Shown one piece after another: positions 43,773 to 55,840 of a DNA stretch of 64,000 bases (the first letter of the stretch is position 1; every line of letters starts with the position of its first letter). The stretch is from Anaeromyxobacter sp. (GTDB lineage: Bacteria; Myxococcota; Myxococcia; Myxococcales; Anaeromyxobacteraceae). The notes below the pieces were generated by a model. It saw only the letters and a program-made list of their open reading frames with translations. It was not told the origin of the DNA and searched no databases. A program made the position numbers and the translations under genes. Where the stretch lies: NCBI GenBank assembly GCA_049840735.1, contig JASGJN010000022.1, positions 800,001-864,000 of the forward strand, written 5' to 3'.

Positions 43773-44629
43773 GACTGTGGCTCCTCGGCTGTTGCAGTGC
43801 GGCAAAGATCGACGAGTGAGTCCAGGCACTCGCTCACGATGTGTTCGATGACGGCGGGGCGGATGGCGAGGCGTTTGAAAGTCTCTGGATCCGGCGAACG
43901 AGCGAGTCCGGCTGCGTCGCGCCCGTAGCCGAGCGCGTGAGCCGTCATGTTCGCCACGTGTACGACGTCGACCAGGTACGAGTAAGGAGAGTCGATGAAG
44001 TGGCTCGGGAAGTGGTGCCCGGTTGCGGCTGCAGTCACCTCTTTGGGCAATTGCCAGGCATTGCCGACCAGCGCAGCAACTTCCGTGTGATCCGTGCCGA
44101 GTACTTCTCGTTCGGCGCAGACCATGGTGAGCGAACGAGACATCTCGTCCATCTCGTGTTGTTTCTCAATCAAGTGTCTCGCCAGTATGAGCTTGCCGAT
44201 GTCGTGAAGTAACCCAGCGACGAAGTACGGCCCCGATCGCTGCGGCATGACGGCCTTCGCAATTCGTTCAGCGAGGAATCCGACTGCGATGCTATGCGCC
44301 ATGAAATCGGGCTGGCTGAGTCCGTAGCCCGGAAGTGACTTCGGGAGACTTGCCTGTAGGCTCATGGTCATTGCAAGCTGGTTTACTCGAGACAATCCGA
44401 CGAGGGTGACGGCGTGAGCCAGGCTCGTTACTTGCCGTCGCAGGCCAAACCAGGGGCTATTGGCAATCCGGAGGAGATTTGCCGCAAGCGACGCATCGCG
44501 GAGAACCGCTTTTTCCAGCTGTTCTGCGGAGACTCTCGGCGTGCGCAAAAGACGCAACAATTCGCTCAGTGCGGGCGAGAGCGGTGGCAGCGCGCGAGCA
44601 TCCGCTACGAGAGTCTTGGGCTCGATCAT
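43769..44629 (-). CDS. HDOD domain protein
   Basis: LPPLS, LLRIANS and GLLHDIGK motifs. Confidence 0.9.
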   Translation of the reverse strand: MIEPKTLVADARALPPLSPALSELLRLLRTPRVSAEQLEKAVLRDASLAANLLRIANSPWFGLRRQVTSLAHAVTLVGLSRVNQLAMTMSLQASLPKSLPGYGLSQPDFMAHSIAVGFLAERIAKAVMPQRSGPYFVAGLLHDIGKLILARHLIEKQHEMDEMSRSLTMVCAEREVLGTDHTEVAALVGNAWQLPKEVTAAATGHHFPSHFIDSPYSYLVDVVHVANMTAHALGYGRDAAGLARSPDPETFKRLAIRPAVIEHIVSECLDSLVDLCRTATAEEPQS

Positions 44630-45105
44630 AGAGCGTACTCCTCGTTCTTGCTCTTGACGATGCAACGGCCCGTACCGACGTCCAGCGAGACAGTCCTCGA
44701 CTTTGCCCCACCGACGTCTTCGGTCGAAATGAGGACGTTGGTCTTCCACAGCATTCGGCGCAGCACCGTGAGGTTGCGTTTTCCGATCTCGAATGTGCCA
44801 TGGTCGTCGTAGAGTTGCCCGCCACCGGCGACCTTGACGACCAGATCGGACTTTTGGCATCCAAGGTCGTACATGGAATGAAAGAGCAATGGCACCCCGG
44901 TGTCCGCGAACATGGCCGGTTTGGTCTTTGCTTTTTCCGGGTTCGTGGACGACATGGGAAGCATGTAGTGAATCATTCCGCCTGCACGACGAACCGGATC
45001 GTGGAGAATGACGGCAATGCACGAGCCGAGTGCGTAGGTAATGAGTTGGACTTCAGCGTCCTGCGAGACGACGTGTTGTGCGATGTCGACGACGACGCGA
45101 ATCAT
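44626..45105 (-). CDS. cheD: Chemoreceptor glutamine deamidase
   Basis: LGSC, HYMLP, IGKRN and EDVGG motifs. Confidence 0.95.
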   Translation of the reverse strand: MIRVVVDIAQHVVSQDAEVQLITYALGSCIAVILHDPVRRAGGMIHYMLPMSSTNPEKAKTKPAMFADTGVPLLFHSMYDLGCQKSDLVVKVAGGGQLYDDHGTFEIGKRNLTVLRRMLWKTNVLISTEDVGGAKSRTVSLDVGTGRCIVKSKNEEYAL

Positions 45106-46002
45106 CGCTGGTGACCTTTCGCGTGGGAGGAGTGCTTTTCGATAGAGTGATGCGGTGCATCTGGCAAAACGTATACCGATGGTCGGAGGGCCCGAAATCG
45201 AGTGGAGAGGCCGTTGAGCGTTTCGGCGTGTCCCACGAAGAAGATGCCGTCGGGGGCCATGAGCGCTTCGATTGCGGAGACCAGCCCTTGGCGGACTCTC
45301 TGGTCGAAATAGATCATCACGTTACGGCAAAACACCGCGTCGAGTGGGCCTCGCATCGGGAAGGGAGGGGTCGATAGATTGAGCCGCTTGAAGGTGACGT
45401 GCTTTCGCAGAGCGTCCCGTACCTGGTAGAGGGGGTCTTCGGCGGCCTTGGACCCGAGCGGATGGAAGTACTTGCTACGGAGTTGCTTCGGGACGTCGCG
45501 TAGCGCGGACAACGGATAGGTAGCGGCTTCTGCTGCAACGAGGATGCGGGTGGAGATGTCCGTTCCGAGAATGCGCCAATCGACGTGGGCATCTGCAAGT
45601 GTATCGGCAATGGTGATTGCCATCGTGTAGGCTTCTTCACCGCTGGAACTCGCCGCAGACCAAAAGCGCAATCTTCCACGCCCCTCTTCGTGCCTCGATT
45701 TGACCAGCGCGGCCAAGAGCTGGAAAATGCTCCGGCTCACGGAAGAAGCTCGTGAAATTCGTCGAGATGACATCCAGGAAATTGACGAGCTCGTCGCCCT
45801 CGTCGGCGAGGAGGTACTCGAGATAGGCACTCGGATCGCGCAAGCCAAGGATCCGGATCCGCTTGCCGATTCTAGAAGAGACGAGTGCCTCTTTGCCGGC
45901 ACTCAGCCGAATGCCGGAGCGCCGATAAGCGATCTCCGCGAATTGTTGAAAGAGTGCAGTGTCCAAGCGTCGACTCGACTGAAGTGGAACGGGCGGAGTC
46001 AA
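45102..46002 (-). CDS. cheR: Chemotaxis methyltransferase (frameshift near 45,720)
   Basis: TNFTSFFREPEHF, WSAASSSGEEAY and FCRNVMIYF motifs. Confidence 0.92.
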
Positions 46003-46026
46003 TGAATGGCTCCGCCCGTTTCTGGA

Positions 46027-49000
46027 TTAGAAGTCGCGGAACTCCGGATCTTCGAACGGAATGGCTTCCTCTGGGGTGACCTTTCGATTCGTCGACGTCA
46101 CCACTTGGCGCGGTCGGCTCTGCTGAGGCGTCGTAGCCCGGCGCGGCAGAATGCTAGGTCCAGTCGCCTTTCTACGTTGATCTGCGGCCAGGAGTTCTCG
46201 TTTCTGGTTGCGTTTGGACGAGTCTCGATCGAGCACGAAGCGTCCCACCAAGCCGGTGAGCTCCTCGGATTGACTCGAGAGTTCTTCCGCTGCGCTCGAG
46301 GACTCTTCGGCGTTTGCGGCCGCAACTTGAACCACCTTGTCCATCTCGCTGACTGCGGTGTTGACCTGCTCGATACCGCGTGATTGCTCCTGACTGGCCA
46401 CGGCGATCTCGCTAACGATATCGTTGACCTTGCCCGCCGCAGACACGATCTCGTTCAAACTGCCCGCAACTTCTCCCGAAATGACCCTGCCGTTCTCGGC
46501 GTGGCCAACGGACATCTTGATCAGGTCCTCGGTCTTCTTGGCGGCTTCCTTGGAGCGAAGGGCTAGATTTCGAACTTCCTCGGCGACCACAGCGAACCCT
46601 CGTCCAGCGTCGCCAGCCCGCGCCGCCTCGACGGCGGCATTGAGCGCAAGTAGATTGGTTTGGAATGCGATTTCGTTGATGTCCTTGATGATCTGCGCTG
46701 TGCCTTCGGCGGCGGCGCGGATCTTTTCCATCGCATCGATCATGCGTGACATGGCCTGACCGCCCTTTTCCGCGGCCTCCTTGGTCGATTGCGCCAATGA
46801 CCTGGCCTGGACGGTATTGTCGGCGTTCTGCTTCGTCATGCTCGCCATTTCTTCGAGGCTGCTCGACGTTTCCTCCAAGCTACTTGCTTGTTCGGAGGCC
46901 CCCTGGGCGACGGATTGACTAGACGAAGCGATCTGGCGTGAAGCTTCCGACACCTGTTCCACGGCGTCAGCGACCTGGGTGAGGGCATCGTGCAATGCCT
47001 TGCCCGTACCGTTCAGTGCCGTCTTGATGCGGGCGTGGTCACCGCTGTAATTGCCGACCACTCGTGCTCGCAGGTCGTACTGCGCCAGTGTCTCGAGGAC
47101 TTGCGTTGCCTCCATGATTGGGTTCACGACGGCGTCGAGCGTTTTGTTGACGCCTTCCACGATCCTGCGGAAGTCACCCGCGTGTTTCGTTGCGTCTGCC
47201 CGAGTTGCGAGGCGTCCTTCGATGGCTGCCTCTGCAAGGGACTGCGCGTCCGCAACTAGGCTAGTTACCGCGTCGATGCACTGGTTCAGATTCAGCTTGA
47301 TGGCGTTGAAGTCACCGCTGTAGTTCTCGTTGATCTTTGGAGGGATGTTGCCCTTCGAGATCTTGTCGACGTAATCGGCTGCAACGTTGAGCGGTCCAAT
47401 GACGGCATCGAGGGTGTCGTTGACGCCTTGGACGATTCTGCGGAAGTCTCCGTCGTGCCGCGACGCGTCGGCTCGCGTAGCAAGTTTACCTTCGACGGCG
47501 GCCTTCGAGAGCATGGCCGAGTCCGCGACGAGCTTCTGGATGGCGTCGATGCACTGGTTGAGATTGTTCTTGATAGCGTTGAAATCGCCGTTGTAGTTAT
47601 CGGTAATCTTCGAAGGAATGTTACCCTTCGAGATCTTGTCGACGTAATCGGCGGCCACGGACAGCGGCCCTATGACGGCGTTGAGCGTATCGTTGACGCC
47701 CTGCACGATCTTGCGATAATCCCCTTGATGTCTCTGCGCGTCGGCGCGAGTCGAGAGCTTGCCTTCGACTGCTGCGCGACTGAGCATGATGGCGTCGTCG
47801 ATCAGTGCCTTGCTGTTCTTGCGCAACACCTCGACGTTGTCGTTGATGAATGCCTTCTTGCCGGGGAAGCGTTCGAGTTCGGCGTCGAAGTTACCGTTGG
47901 CAAATTGTGCGATACACGCCATTGCCTTCTTCTTGACCGAAATGTGGCCCTTCACCATGTCGTTGACGCCCTTGGCCATGACCTTGAAGCTGCCAACGAA
48001 TTGGTCCTCGGGGACCATCACGTCGATGTCGCCAGCATCGTGCTGCTGGGCCATGTGTCCCATTTCGGCGATGAAGCGGTTCAACGTGTCGACGAGGGTG
48101 TTGAGATTGTTCTTGATCGTATTGAAGTCACCGTTGTAGCGATCGGTGATTTTCGCAGGAATATTGCCCTTGGAGATGTTGTCTACGTAGTCGGCCGCCA
48201 CGTTGAGGGGTTGGATGACGGCATCCAAGGTGTCGTTGACACCCTGCACGATCGGACGGAATTCTTGTGGCACCGCCATGACGTCGCCCCGGGTGGCGAG
48301 CTGACCGTTGATTGCGGCTTCTGCCAGTCGGGCCGCTTCGGAACGGAGGGAATGAATGGCCGTATTCGTTCCACGGATGACGACGGTAGCCGCCGCGATG
48401 ACGAGCCCGAGGCCAAGCAAGAGCACGAGGAGGATGGCCGTCGAACTCCGAGATGCGGACGCATCTGCAGCCGCTGCCGCTCGTTTTCCTAAATCATTGT
48501 TCAGGGCGATCAGTTCATCGAGCAGCTTACTGGCCTCGTTTCGCGCGTCGCGTGTTCGGAGCAGAACCTGCATCGTGCGGTCGTCGAGCTGCAGCACTGC
48601 TGGATCGTCGATCTTCTGCCCTTGAGCGAGAACGGTGTCCTTCTCGCGTTGCAGATCGCCGATGCTTTGGGTCGAGCGCTGCCAGTTATCGAGCACTTGG
48701 ACGAGCTGCTGCCAAATGCGCGCCTCTTCCGGCTCCATCGGCAGACTCTCGTAGAGTCTTCGTCCTTCGGCGAGCTGTTTGAGCCCGCGTTCGATCTCGG
48801 CGTAGTTGCCCTGTCGGCTCTGGGCGTCCATCATGCGTCGCATCGCGAGACCGCGTTGACCCGCCGCGACGTGGAGCTGGCCGACGGCCATCTCCTGCAA
48901 GCCGTACATGCTTGGCATGCGATTGCCAGCGATCTCGTGCGTGATGTCGACGGACGCTACGAGCGATTGTCGTCCTACGAAACCGATGACCGCAGCTACG

Positions 49001-49059
49001 AGCAACGCGAGGCCAAATCCGATGATGACTTTCGTTGATATCTTGGCGTCTTTGAGCAT
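46027..49059 (-). CDS. Methyl-accepting chemotaxis protein: four-helix-bundle sensor and poly-HAMP array
   Basis: Two TM helices, repeated HAMP units, [20 protein letters not shown]. Confidence 0.97.
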   Translation of the reverse strand: MLKDAKISTKVIIGFGLALLVAAVIGFVGRQSLVASVDITHEIAGNRMPSMYGLQEMAVGQLHVAAGQRGLAMRRMMDAQSRQGNYAEIERGLKQLAEGRRLYESLPMEPEEARIWQQLVQVLDNWQRSTQSIGDLQREKDTVLAQGQKIDDPAVLQLDDRTMQVLLRTRDARNEASKLLDELIALNNDLGKRAAAAADASASRSSTAILLVLLLGLGLVIAAATVVIRGTNTAIHSLRSEAARLAEAAINGQLATRGDVMAVPQEFRPIVQGVNDTLDAVIQPLNVAADYVDNISKGNIPAKITDRYNGDFNTIKNNLNTLVDTLNRFIAEMGHMAQQHDAGDIDVMVPEDQFVGSFKVMAKGVNDMVKGHISVKKKAMACIAQFANGNFDAELERFPGKKAFINDNVEVLRKNSKALIDDAIMLSRAAVEGKLSTRADAQRHQGDYRKIVQGVNDTLNAVIGPLSVAADYVDKISKGNIPSKITDNYNGDFNAIKNNLNQCIDAIQKLVADSAMLSKAAVEGKLATRADASRHDGDFRRIVQGVNDTLDAVIGPLNVAADYVDKISKGNIPPKINENYSGDFNAIKLNLNQCIDAVTSLVADAQSLAEAAIEGRLATRADATKHAGDFRRIVEGVNKTLDAVVNPIMEATQVLETLAQYDLRARVVGNYSGDHARIKTALNGTGKALHDALTQVADAVEQVSEASRQIASSSQSVAQGASEQASSLEETSSSLEEMASMTKQNADNTVQARSLAQSTKEAAEKGGQAMSRMIDAMEKIRAAAEGTAQIIKDINEIAFQTNLLALNAAVEAARAGDAGRGFAVVAEEVRNLALRSKEAAKKTEDLIKMSVGHAENGRVISGEVAGSLNEIVSAAGKVNDIVSEIAVASQEQSRGIEQVNTAVSEMDKVVQVAAANAEESSSAAEELSSQSEELTGLVGRFVLDRDSSKRNQKRELLAADQRRKATGPSILPRRATTPQQSRPRQVVTSTNRKVTPEEAIPFEDPEFRDF

Positions 49060-49097
49060 GAGTTGGGTGCCTGGGGGTGAGGGGGAAAGGCGATGCG

Positions 49098-49655
49098 TTA
49101 AACCCCTGCTGGGGCGTGCTCCAGGGAGTTCACTTGAGCTGCTTCGTCGCGGGAGAGGACCTTTTCGATATCGAGGAGGCAGATGACTCGCTTCTCCGCT
49201 TTCCCGATGCCGAGGATGAAGTCGTTGTCCCCGTTGCTGCTGCGCAAATCAGGCGGCGGTTCGATCTGATCGGCTTCGATGTTCATGACTTCGAGGACTT
49301 CGTCGACGAGTATTCCCATCGTGGTCGACGTGTTTCCGTGATTCCATTGCACCACGATGATGACCGTCTGATCCGTGCTTTCTGTTCGATTCATGCCGAA
49401 TATCAAACGGAGATCGACGACCGGAATGACCTTCCCTCTGAGGTTGATCACGCCTCGGATGAAGTCTTTCGTCTTCGGCACCCGCGTAATATCCATGAGA
49501 CCGATGATTTCTCGAACTCGCAGTATGGCAAGACCATACTCTTCGCTGGCGAGCTTGAATGTCATGTACTTGCCGGCGAGCTGTCGGGTAAGACCCTTCT
49601 TTTGCTCCGATTCGGCGTTTGCCGCAGCGATGGGTTGATTGCTGGAAGCTGTCAT
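49098..49655 (-). CDS. cheW: Chemotaxis coupling protein
   Basis: [16 protein letters not shown] and GILVD motifs. Confidence 0.97.
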   Translation of the reverse strand: MTASSNQPIAAANAESEQKKGLTRQLAGKYMTFKLASEEYGLAILRVREIIGLMDITRVPKTKDFIRGVINLRGKVIPVVDLRLIFGMNRTESTDQTVIIVVQWNHGNTSTTMGILVDEVLEVMNIEADQIEPPPDLRSSNGDNDFILGIGKAEKRVICLLDIEKVLSRDEAAQVNSLEHAPAGV

Positions 49656-49684
49656 GATGGACCTTCTTTGCGTTCGAGGATGCC

Positions 49685-52376
49685 CTAAGCGACTGCGTGT
49701 AGCGCGGTTTGGTGCGCAGCAAGGGATGTCTCGACGAGGGAATCAATGTTGAGGATGAGACCCACTCTGCCGTTGGAGAGAATTGCCGCACCGGCAAAGA
49801 GGTGATTTACCTCGAGCTCGGTTCCGAGGGTTTTGATGACGACTTGGTGTTTCATGATCACCTCGTCGACGAGGAACGCGACCTGGTCGTGCATCGACTC
49901 GACAATCAGGATGAGTGCCTTGGTCGGATTCGAGTTCGGTATCGGGAATATCGAGAATCTGTCCCAAGCGAATGAGCGGTAACGTTTGACCCCGTACGAG
50001 GATGTGTTCGTGTCTGCCTGCAAGGTTGAAGAGCATGTCCTCGGTGGGTTGCAGCGACTCGATGATGTTGAGTGTGGGGACGATGAAGCGTTCGCTGCCA
50101 CAGCGGATCACCATGCCGTCGATGATGGCGAGCGTGAGGGGAAGGACCAATCGAAACGTCGTGCCTTTGCCAGGGGCGGAGGTCGTGATGATTCGCCCTC
50201 GGACTGCCTCGATGTTGCGTTTGACGACGTCCATACCGACGCCTCTTCCCGAGATTTCCGTGACCTGAGCTGCCGTGGAGAAGCCCGGCATGAAGAGGAG
50301 ATCGTAGACTTGACTGTCGGTGAGGTTCGCGCCCTCTGCTATGAGACCTTGTGAAATCGCCTTCTTGACCACGCGATCCCGATCGATGCCTTTGCCGTCG
50401 TCGGAGATCTTCACCACGATGCTTCCGGCTTCGTGGGTTGCCGACAAGACGATGAGTCCAGTCTCCTGCTTTCCGGCGGCGGCGCGATCTGCTGGGGATT
50501 CGATGCCGTGATCGACGGCATTGCGGATCAGGTGGACGAGCGGATCGGCTATTTGTTCCACCATGCTTCGATCCATTTCGGTGTTTTCACCGCGCAGTTC
50601 GACGCGGACCTGCTTGTTGCTGCGGCGGGTCAGGTCACGGACCATCCGAGCCATTTTTTGGAACTCGGACCGCAAGGGAACCATGCGCATGCGCATGCCT
50701 AGCTCTTGGAGCTCGCGGGTGATTTTGGCGAATTGGCCCAGGTAGTTGCGAAGGTGGCCTGGAAGTGCACGGATCTCCTGTGCGTTGCTGACCATCGACT
50801 CGACGATGACGAGTTCGCCAATCGTCTCGACGAGTTGATCGACCCGTTCGAGGTCGACCTTGACGATCTCTCTGGCTTTCGTGCTTTGATGCGTCGAATT
50901 GCTTTGTCCGCGCAGCGCCTGAGCCACCACCTTCGCGGGCACGGTACCGGAAGAAATGAGTTCTTCGCCGAGCCGTCGCCCCGTCTCCCGTTGTTGCACG
51001 AGGGCTTCGCTCAGCTGTTGCTCGGAGATCGCTCCGTTGTCGAGCAGGATTTCTCCGAGCTTGTTACCGGGTTTTGCTGGAAGCGCCGAGCCGGGCGGGA
51101 TTTCTCCGTTCGTCGTCGCCTTGATCTTGGCGACCAGGGCGCCGATCCCAGCGACTTTCTCTAGGGGGGCGTGCCTATCGAGTGCAGTCTGAACGGCAGA
51201 AAGCAGAGTTCGAAGCAGTGTCGTGGAGTCGAAGACGAGATCGATGACGCCCGTTTCCGCGACCAATTTGCCGCTCCGGACGCTATCGAGCATCGTCTCC
51301 GTGGTGTGGGACAGTTCGACGATCTGCGATAGATGGAGGAAGGATGCCACGCCTTTGAGCGTGTGAAACGCTCGAAAGAGCTTGTTGATTCGCTCGGCGT
51401 CGGGACCTTCGCGCTCGATCTCGAGTAGGGTTTGGTCGACCGCGCTGACCGACTCCTGACTTTCGTGGAGAAACTCGACGACGAGTTCGAGTTCTTGGTC
51501 GTCCCAGATCGTCGGAACGGATGGCGGCGGAGGCGCGCTTTCGAGCAGGCTGGGGAGGGGCGGTTGTTTCGCCGTGCCACCCCGCTTTTTGGACGTCGAG
51601 GTTTTCAGGGATGGAGTGCTGGGCGGAGTCGACGGCGCGATGGCATGTAGAGTGTTTTCTCGGACGTGGCGCTGGGAGGCTTCTGCGAGAGCCCCAAGAA
51701 CCTGGTCCACTGGCGCGCTTGAAAGCCATCCCGCCTCGTAGTCGACGAGCGCGTCCATCATCCAGTCGCGGACGCGAAGGAGCTCCTCTCCTCGTTCCCA
51801 GACCGGGCTCGGTACCTCGAGGTAGGTTTCCGTGGCGTGAAGAACGGTGGCAAGCTCGTTGATACCGAGCATGCCGGCTTCACCCTTCAAGGTGTGGATG
51901 ATCCTTCGGATGGGCTCGATGGCGTCGAGCGCGCCCGTTTTGAGCGATTGGATGTGCGTCTCGAGGTCATCGCCGGTGAGCCGTGTATTGGCAATGAACT
52001 CGGCGAGCAACGCCGGATCGGCGGCGTCCGATAGGACGAGTGGTCGCCGATTCTGGGCGACTCCAGCAGGCGGAATTGGTCGTTCCCAGTCTTTGGCGTG
52101 GTCGTACCAGTACTGCGTCAGGGCTTCGAGCTCTTGGCGTATGGCATCGACTTGCTTGTTGCTCGGTTTGCGCGAGGCGATGACGGTTCTTAGGGCCGAC
52201 AAGGTCTCGGTGCTCGTTCCGCCCAGGGAGATGTCCCGCTGCTGGTCCCGCAAGAACGCGTCGATGTCTTCGAGATTGGCAAGGGCACGTTCGAGTGAGG
52301 GAAGCGAACCGAAATCTACCGTGAGCAATGCGGCAGACAGACGATCGACGAGTTCTTCAAATTGCCCCCGAGACAT
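49685..52376 (-). CDS. cheA: Chemotaxis histidine kinase with two Hpt domains and an MshEN-like motif (frameshift near 49,925)
   Basis: HTLKG twice; HLIRNAVDHG, SGRGVGMDVV and LPLTLAI motifs. Confidence 0.95.
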
Positions 52377-52920
52377 CCCTTTTCTCGTTCTCCCGGCGCT
52401 TTTCGGCAGAGCTTTGCTATGCGTGAGAACCAAGTCTCCCGACTCGGCTTCGGCGCGTTTGTCTGGAGAGCATTCCGAGTCACGAATCTCACTGAATGCC
52501 GCAGACTTGAAACGGCTGATGCCAAAGAGGGAATAGGGGGCCGCCCAAAAAGTTGACTTTGGGCTCGAATTGTCGCGGCATCGTGAGACCACGCGTTGCC
52601 TTCGTGGATGGTGGCGCCGACTCGATCGGTGGCTTGGGCGTCCTATGCCGTGCCGGGTTGCATCGGGCAATTGCTCGGGATCTTGACGAAAGTCACGTTG
52701 CCTCGTCGGCGCGAGTCGGAGCCACTGCCGAAATGGCGCTGACTTTCGCAGTGGGTGCGGTTCACGCGTTCCCCGGTTCCCTTATTCCTCTGTGCCTCCA
52801 GAATGTGAACCGACGTCTGGTGGGGAGTGAATTGAGCGATCTTCAGTCCCTAGCCCTGAGGCTGCAGGTCCCCTAGCGCTGCAGATTGACGAGGCTTTTT
52901 CAAGTTGGCGCGTGACAACG

Positions 52921-54114
52921 ATGGCGAGGTGGCTAGGCTCCGGCTTCGAGCCGATGGCCGCGACACCCGCTACACTGGACTTCTACGAGCGCAAGTACTT
53001 TCCTGCTTTGGATGGTCTACGGGCCCTCAGCATCGTACCTGTCGTTTGGCATCACTCGACACCCTACACGTACGAGGGGGTATTGGGGCGGGGCTCGACT
53101 GGAGTGGACCTTTTCTTTGCGATAAGCGGCTTTCTCATCACGACGCTTCTGATTCGAGAGCGTGAGCGCGAGGGCTCGATCGCGCTAGGCGCGTTCTTTC
53201 TGCGTCGTGCGCTTAGGATTTTCCCACTCTACTTTCTCGTACTCGTGCTCAATTGGTCCTATGCGGTCTGGGTTCGACCGGAATTGGGACCAAGTCAACG
53301 CTTCCTCGAGCGGTTGCCATACTACGCGACGTATACAGCCAATTGGTTGAGTCCGGAGACCCTCGCGGCACCGTCGCTCTTCGTCTTCGCTTGGTCGCTC
53401 TGCACCGAGGAGCAGTTTTATGCGTTCTGGGCGCCGATGCTTCGGTGGGTCAAGCGACTCCGTTGGGCTGGTTTCGCGATGCTCGTGGTGGTTCTTTCGG
53501 ATCTCGGCATCGAACGTGCGCCAAAGTCCCTGATTCGAGTGATTCCCGAACAGCTGAGGATCGTCATTTCTAGTTTTGCGACTCCGATTGGATTGGGAGC
53601 ACTAGCTGCAATGGCAGCGCACCATCCGCGTTTCGGGCGCACGTTGACGAAGCTCGCGAGTCTTCCGTTGGTCGCACCGGTTTCGTTGGTTTTGGTGCTA
53701 GCCATGATCGTCGTTCCGTTCGCACCCCTACCGCTTTTTCATGCAGCGCTGGCGCTACTCGTGTTCACGTACGCGTCGCGTTCGACGGCGGGCGCTCGGT
53801 CGGTGTTCGAACATCCCGTTACCGCCTACATTGGCCGAATCAGTTACGGGATTTACCTGTGGCACGTCGCTGTCATTGGGGGCCTGAAGTGGGCGATTCC
53901 AACGCTCCAAGCTCGCCCCTTTTTCCTCTTTGCGTGCGGGTTTCCGCTGTCGGTGATGGTAGCGAGTGTATCCTATTGGGGATTCGAAGGCCGTTTCCTA
54001 AGGTACGCTCGTCGATTTCGAAGGGGAGTTTCGGTGCCCGAGGCATCAAGGCATCGCTCGTCGGAGCACGTCGAGGATCTGCCGCGGGCCGAATACTCTG
54101 CCGAGGTGCTCTGA
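52921..54114 (+). CDS. Acyltransferase family 3 (membrane O-acyltransferase)
   Basis: LDGLRA, GVDLFF.ISGFLI, RRALRI, WSLCTEEQFY and ISYGIYLWH motifs. Confidence 0.92.
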   Translation: MARWLGSGFEPMAATPATLDFYERKYFPALDGLRALSIVPVVWHHSTPYTYEGVLGRGSTGVDLFFAISGFLITTLLIREREREGSIALGAFFLRRALRIFPLYFLVLVLNWSYAVWVRPELGPSQRFLERLPYYATYTANWLSPETLAAPSLFVFAWSLCTEEQFYAFWAPMLRWVKRLRWAGFAMLVVVLSDLGIERAPKSLIRVIPEQLRIVISSFATPIGLGALAAMAAHHPRFGRTLTKLASLPLVAPVSLVLVLAMIVVPFAPLPLFHAALALLVFTYASRSTAGARSVFEHPVTAYIGRISYGIYLWHVAVIGGLKWAIPTLQARPFFLFACGFPLSVMVASVSYWGFEGRFLRYARRFRRGVSVPEASRHRSSEHVEDLPRAEYSAEVL

Positions 54115-55777
54115 GTAGACGACGAGCCCTTCGAGCTCGATGCGTCCGCCATCGATGACGAGGTGGTTCTTCGAAAACGGCATCTCGGCCGTGTGCTTGC
54201 CTCGGTGGACGATGAGACGTCCTCCTTTTGGACCTTTCGGATCCAACGCAATTGCGTACCCCGAGTCCTCGAGCGCTGCGGTCAAATCCGTGAACAGCCG
54301 TGGCTGCATTTCGTCCAGCGACAAATCGAGGAATGTCGCAATCGCTTTGCCTACGTCGGTGTTCTCGACGAGCCCCTGCGGACGCTCCGGGCCATAGGCG
54401 AACAGATACACGTCGGCGCCGGTGTGATTGTCCGTCGTCCAACCGATTCGCGCGCGCGTCGAGATGATGCGGCTGAGCTGCGTGTTCAATCCCTGGCGAC
54501 TGCGGAGTGCTTGCTCCAATTGCTGTCGCTCGTCGCCCGAAAGATCGTCGATTCCCCATTCTCGTTCGAGGATCTTCGTCGGCGAGTCTTCGCCGCCTTC
54601 GAGCAGGAGCTGCGCAAGCCGCGAAGCCGTGACTTTGGCTTTTCGTAGGGGCACTACGACGGAATCATCGTCCGTGCGCGAGTAATTTCGATCGGCGTTC
54701 GTTCCTACGGACAACCCGCCCGTTCCGTGATCGGCGACGACGATGACCTGAGTGTGATCGTTGCTCCGGGCATACGCTAGGCTTCGTTCCACGGCCGCGT
54801 CGAATGCGAGGAGCTCGGAGACGACGCCAACGGGATCGTTGGCGTGTGCGGCGAAGTCGACCTTCGAGCCTTCGACGAATAGGAAGAAGCCGTGGTGCCG
54901 TGACTGCTCTTTTCCCGCGAGTCGCTCGATCGCGTAGGCCGTCATTTGGGCCAGTGAAGGTTGCCCTGGAGCAAAGCGCTCTCGATCGAGTTCGTAGGCG
55001 AGATCCTGAGCTGCGAAAAGACCCCACACACGGTCGGCATTCGCGCTGGATAGATCGTCTTTCGTCCTAGCGAGCGCGTACCCACTGGCACCGAGTTCGG
55101 CAACGAGGTCCTCATCGTCTGCTCGTTTTCCGCCGCTAATTGGGGGAAGGAGGTAGTCGGACCCACCAGACAGAGACGACGTCCATTCCTTGGTAAACCT
55201 GCTGCTTGGCGATATCATCGTAGGAATTTCGATCCGGTACGTGCGCCGAGAATGCTGCAGGTGTTGCGTGTTGGACGTTGGACGTTGCAATGAGCCCGGT
55301 CGCGAATCCTTTGACTCGTGCCGCTTCGAGGACCGTGACGAGTGGAACGTACGCGAGGGACGGAACCGTCTTTGCTGCGTCGATCGTGGTACGATAAGGA
55401 CCGATGGCGATGGCCTTGTCCGTTCCCTTGTAGCCAGTCGAATACGCCGAAGCTCCTGGAGCGGAATCCGTGATGATCGAGTCGGCGCCGTAGGTTCGAA
55501 TTGCGCCAGTCAGGATGGCATCGACGGCGAGTGGCGCCCCCTTCACCCAGCGCGCGAGAGTCCAGGCTTCTGGTGACGTACCGTCGGAGAGCAACAAGAT
55601 GACGTTCTTCGGCTTTGCCGCGACTCGATCTCGGGCCTCGGGCGCCGATCGCGATTGATTCGGGCTGGCGACGGGTGCTGGCGTCGGCGAGACGCATTGG
55701 CTGGACGTGGCGCCGCAGGACGAGCAAAGACCTACGACAACGAGAAGCGGCGCAACGTGCGAGAGTCGCGAAGACAT
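54046..55777 (-). CDS. phoA: Alkaline phosphatase, PhoA family (frameshift near 55,170)
   Basis: LSDG, TDSA, HATPAAF, EGSKVDFAAHAND, ADH and HTGADV motifs. Confidence 0.88.
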
Positions 55778-55840
55778 CGGGGCGGAGTGTACGGTCTTCG
55801 CGAAGCCTTGGGTCCGAGAAAAACGCCCACTCGCTTCGCA

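Noticed and set aside
52553..52876. Small ORF between cheA and the acyltransferase
   Set aside because: No RBS or recognisable motif; probably part of the divergent promoter region
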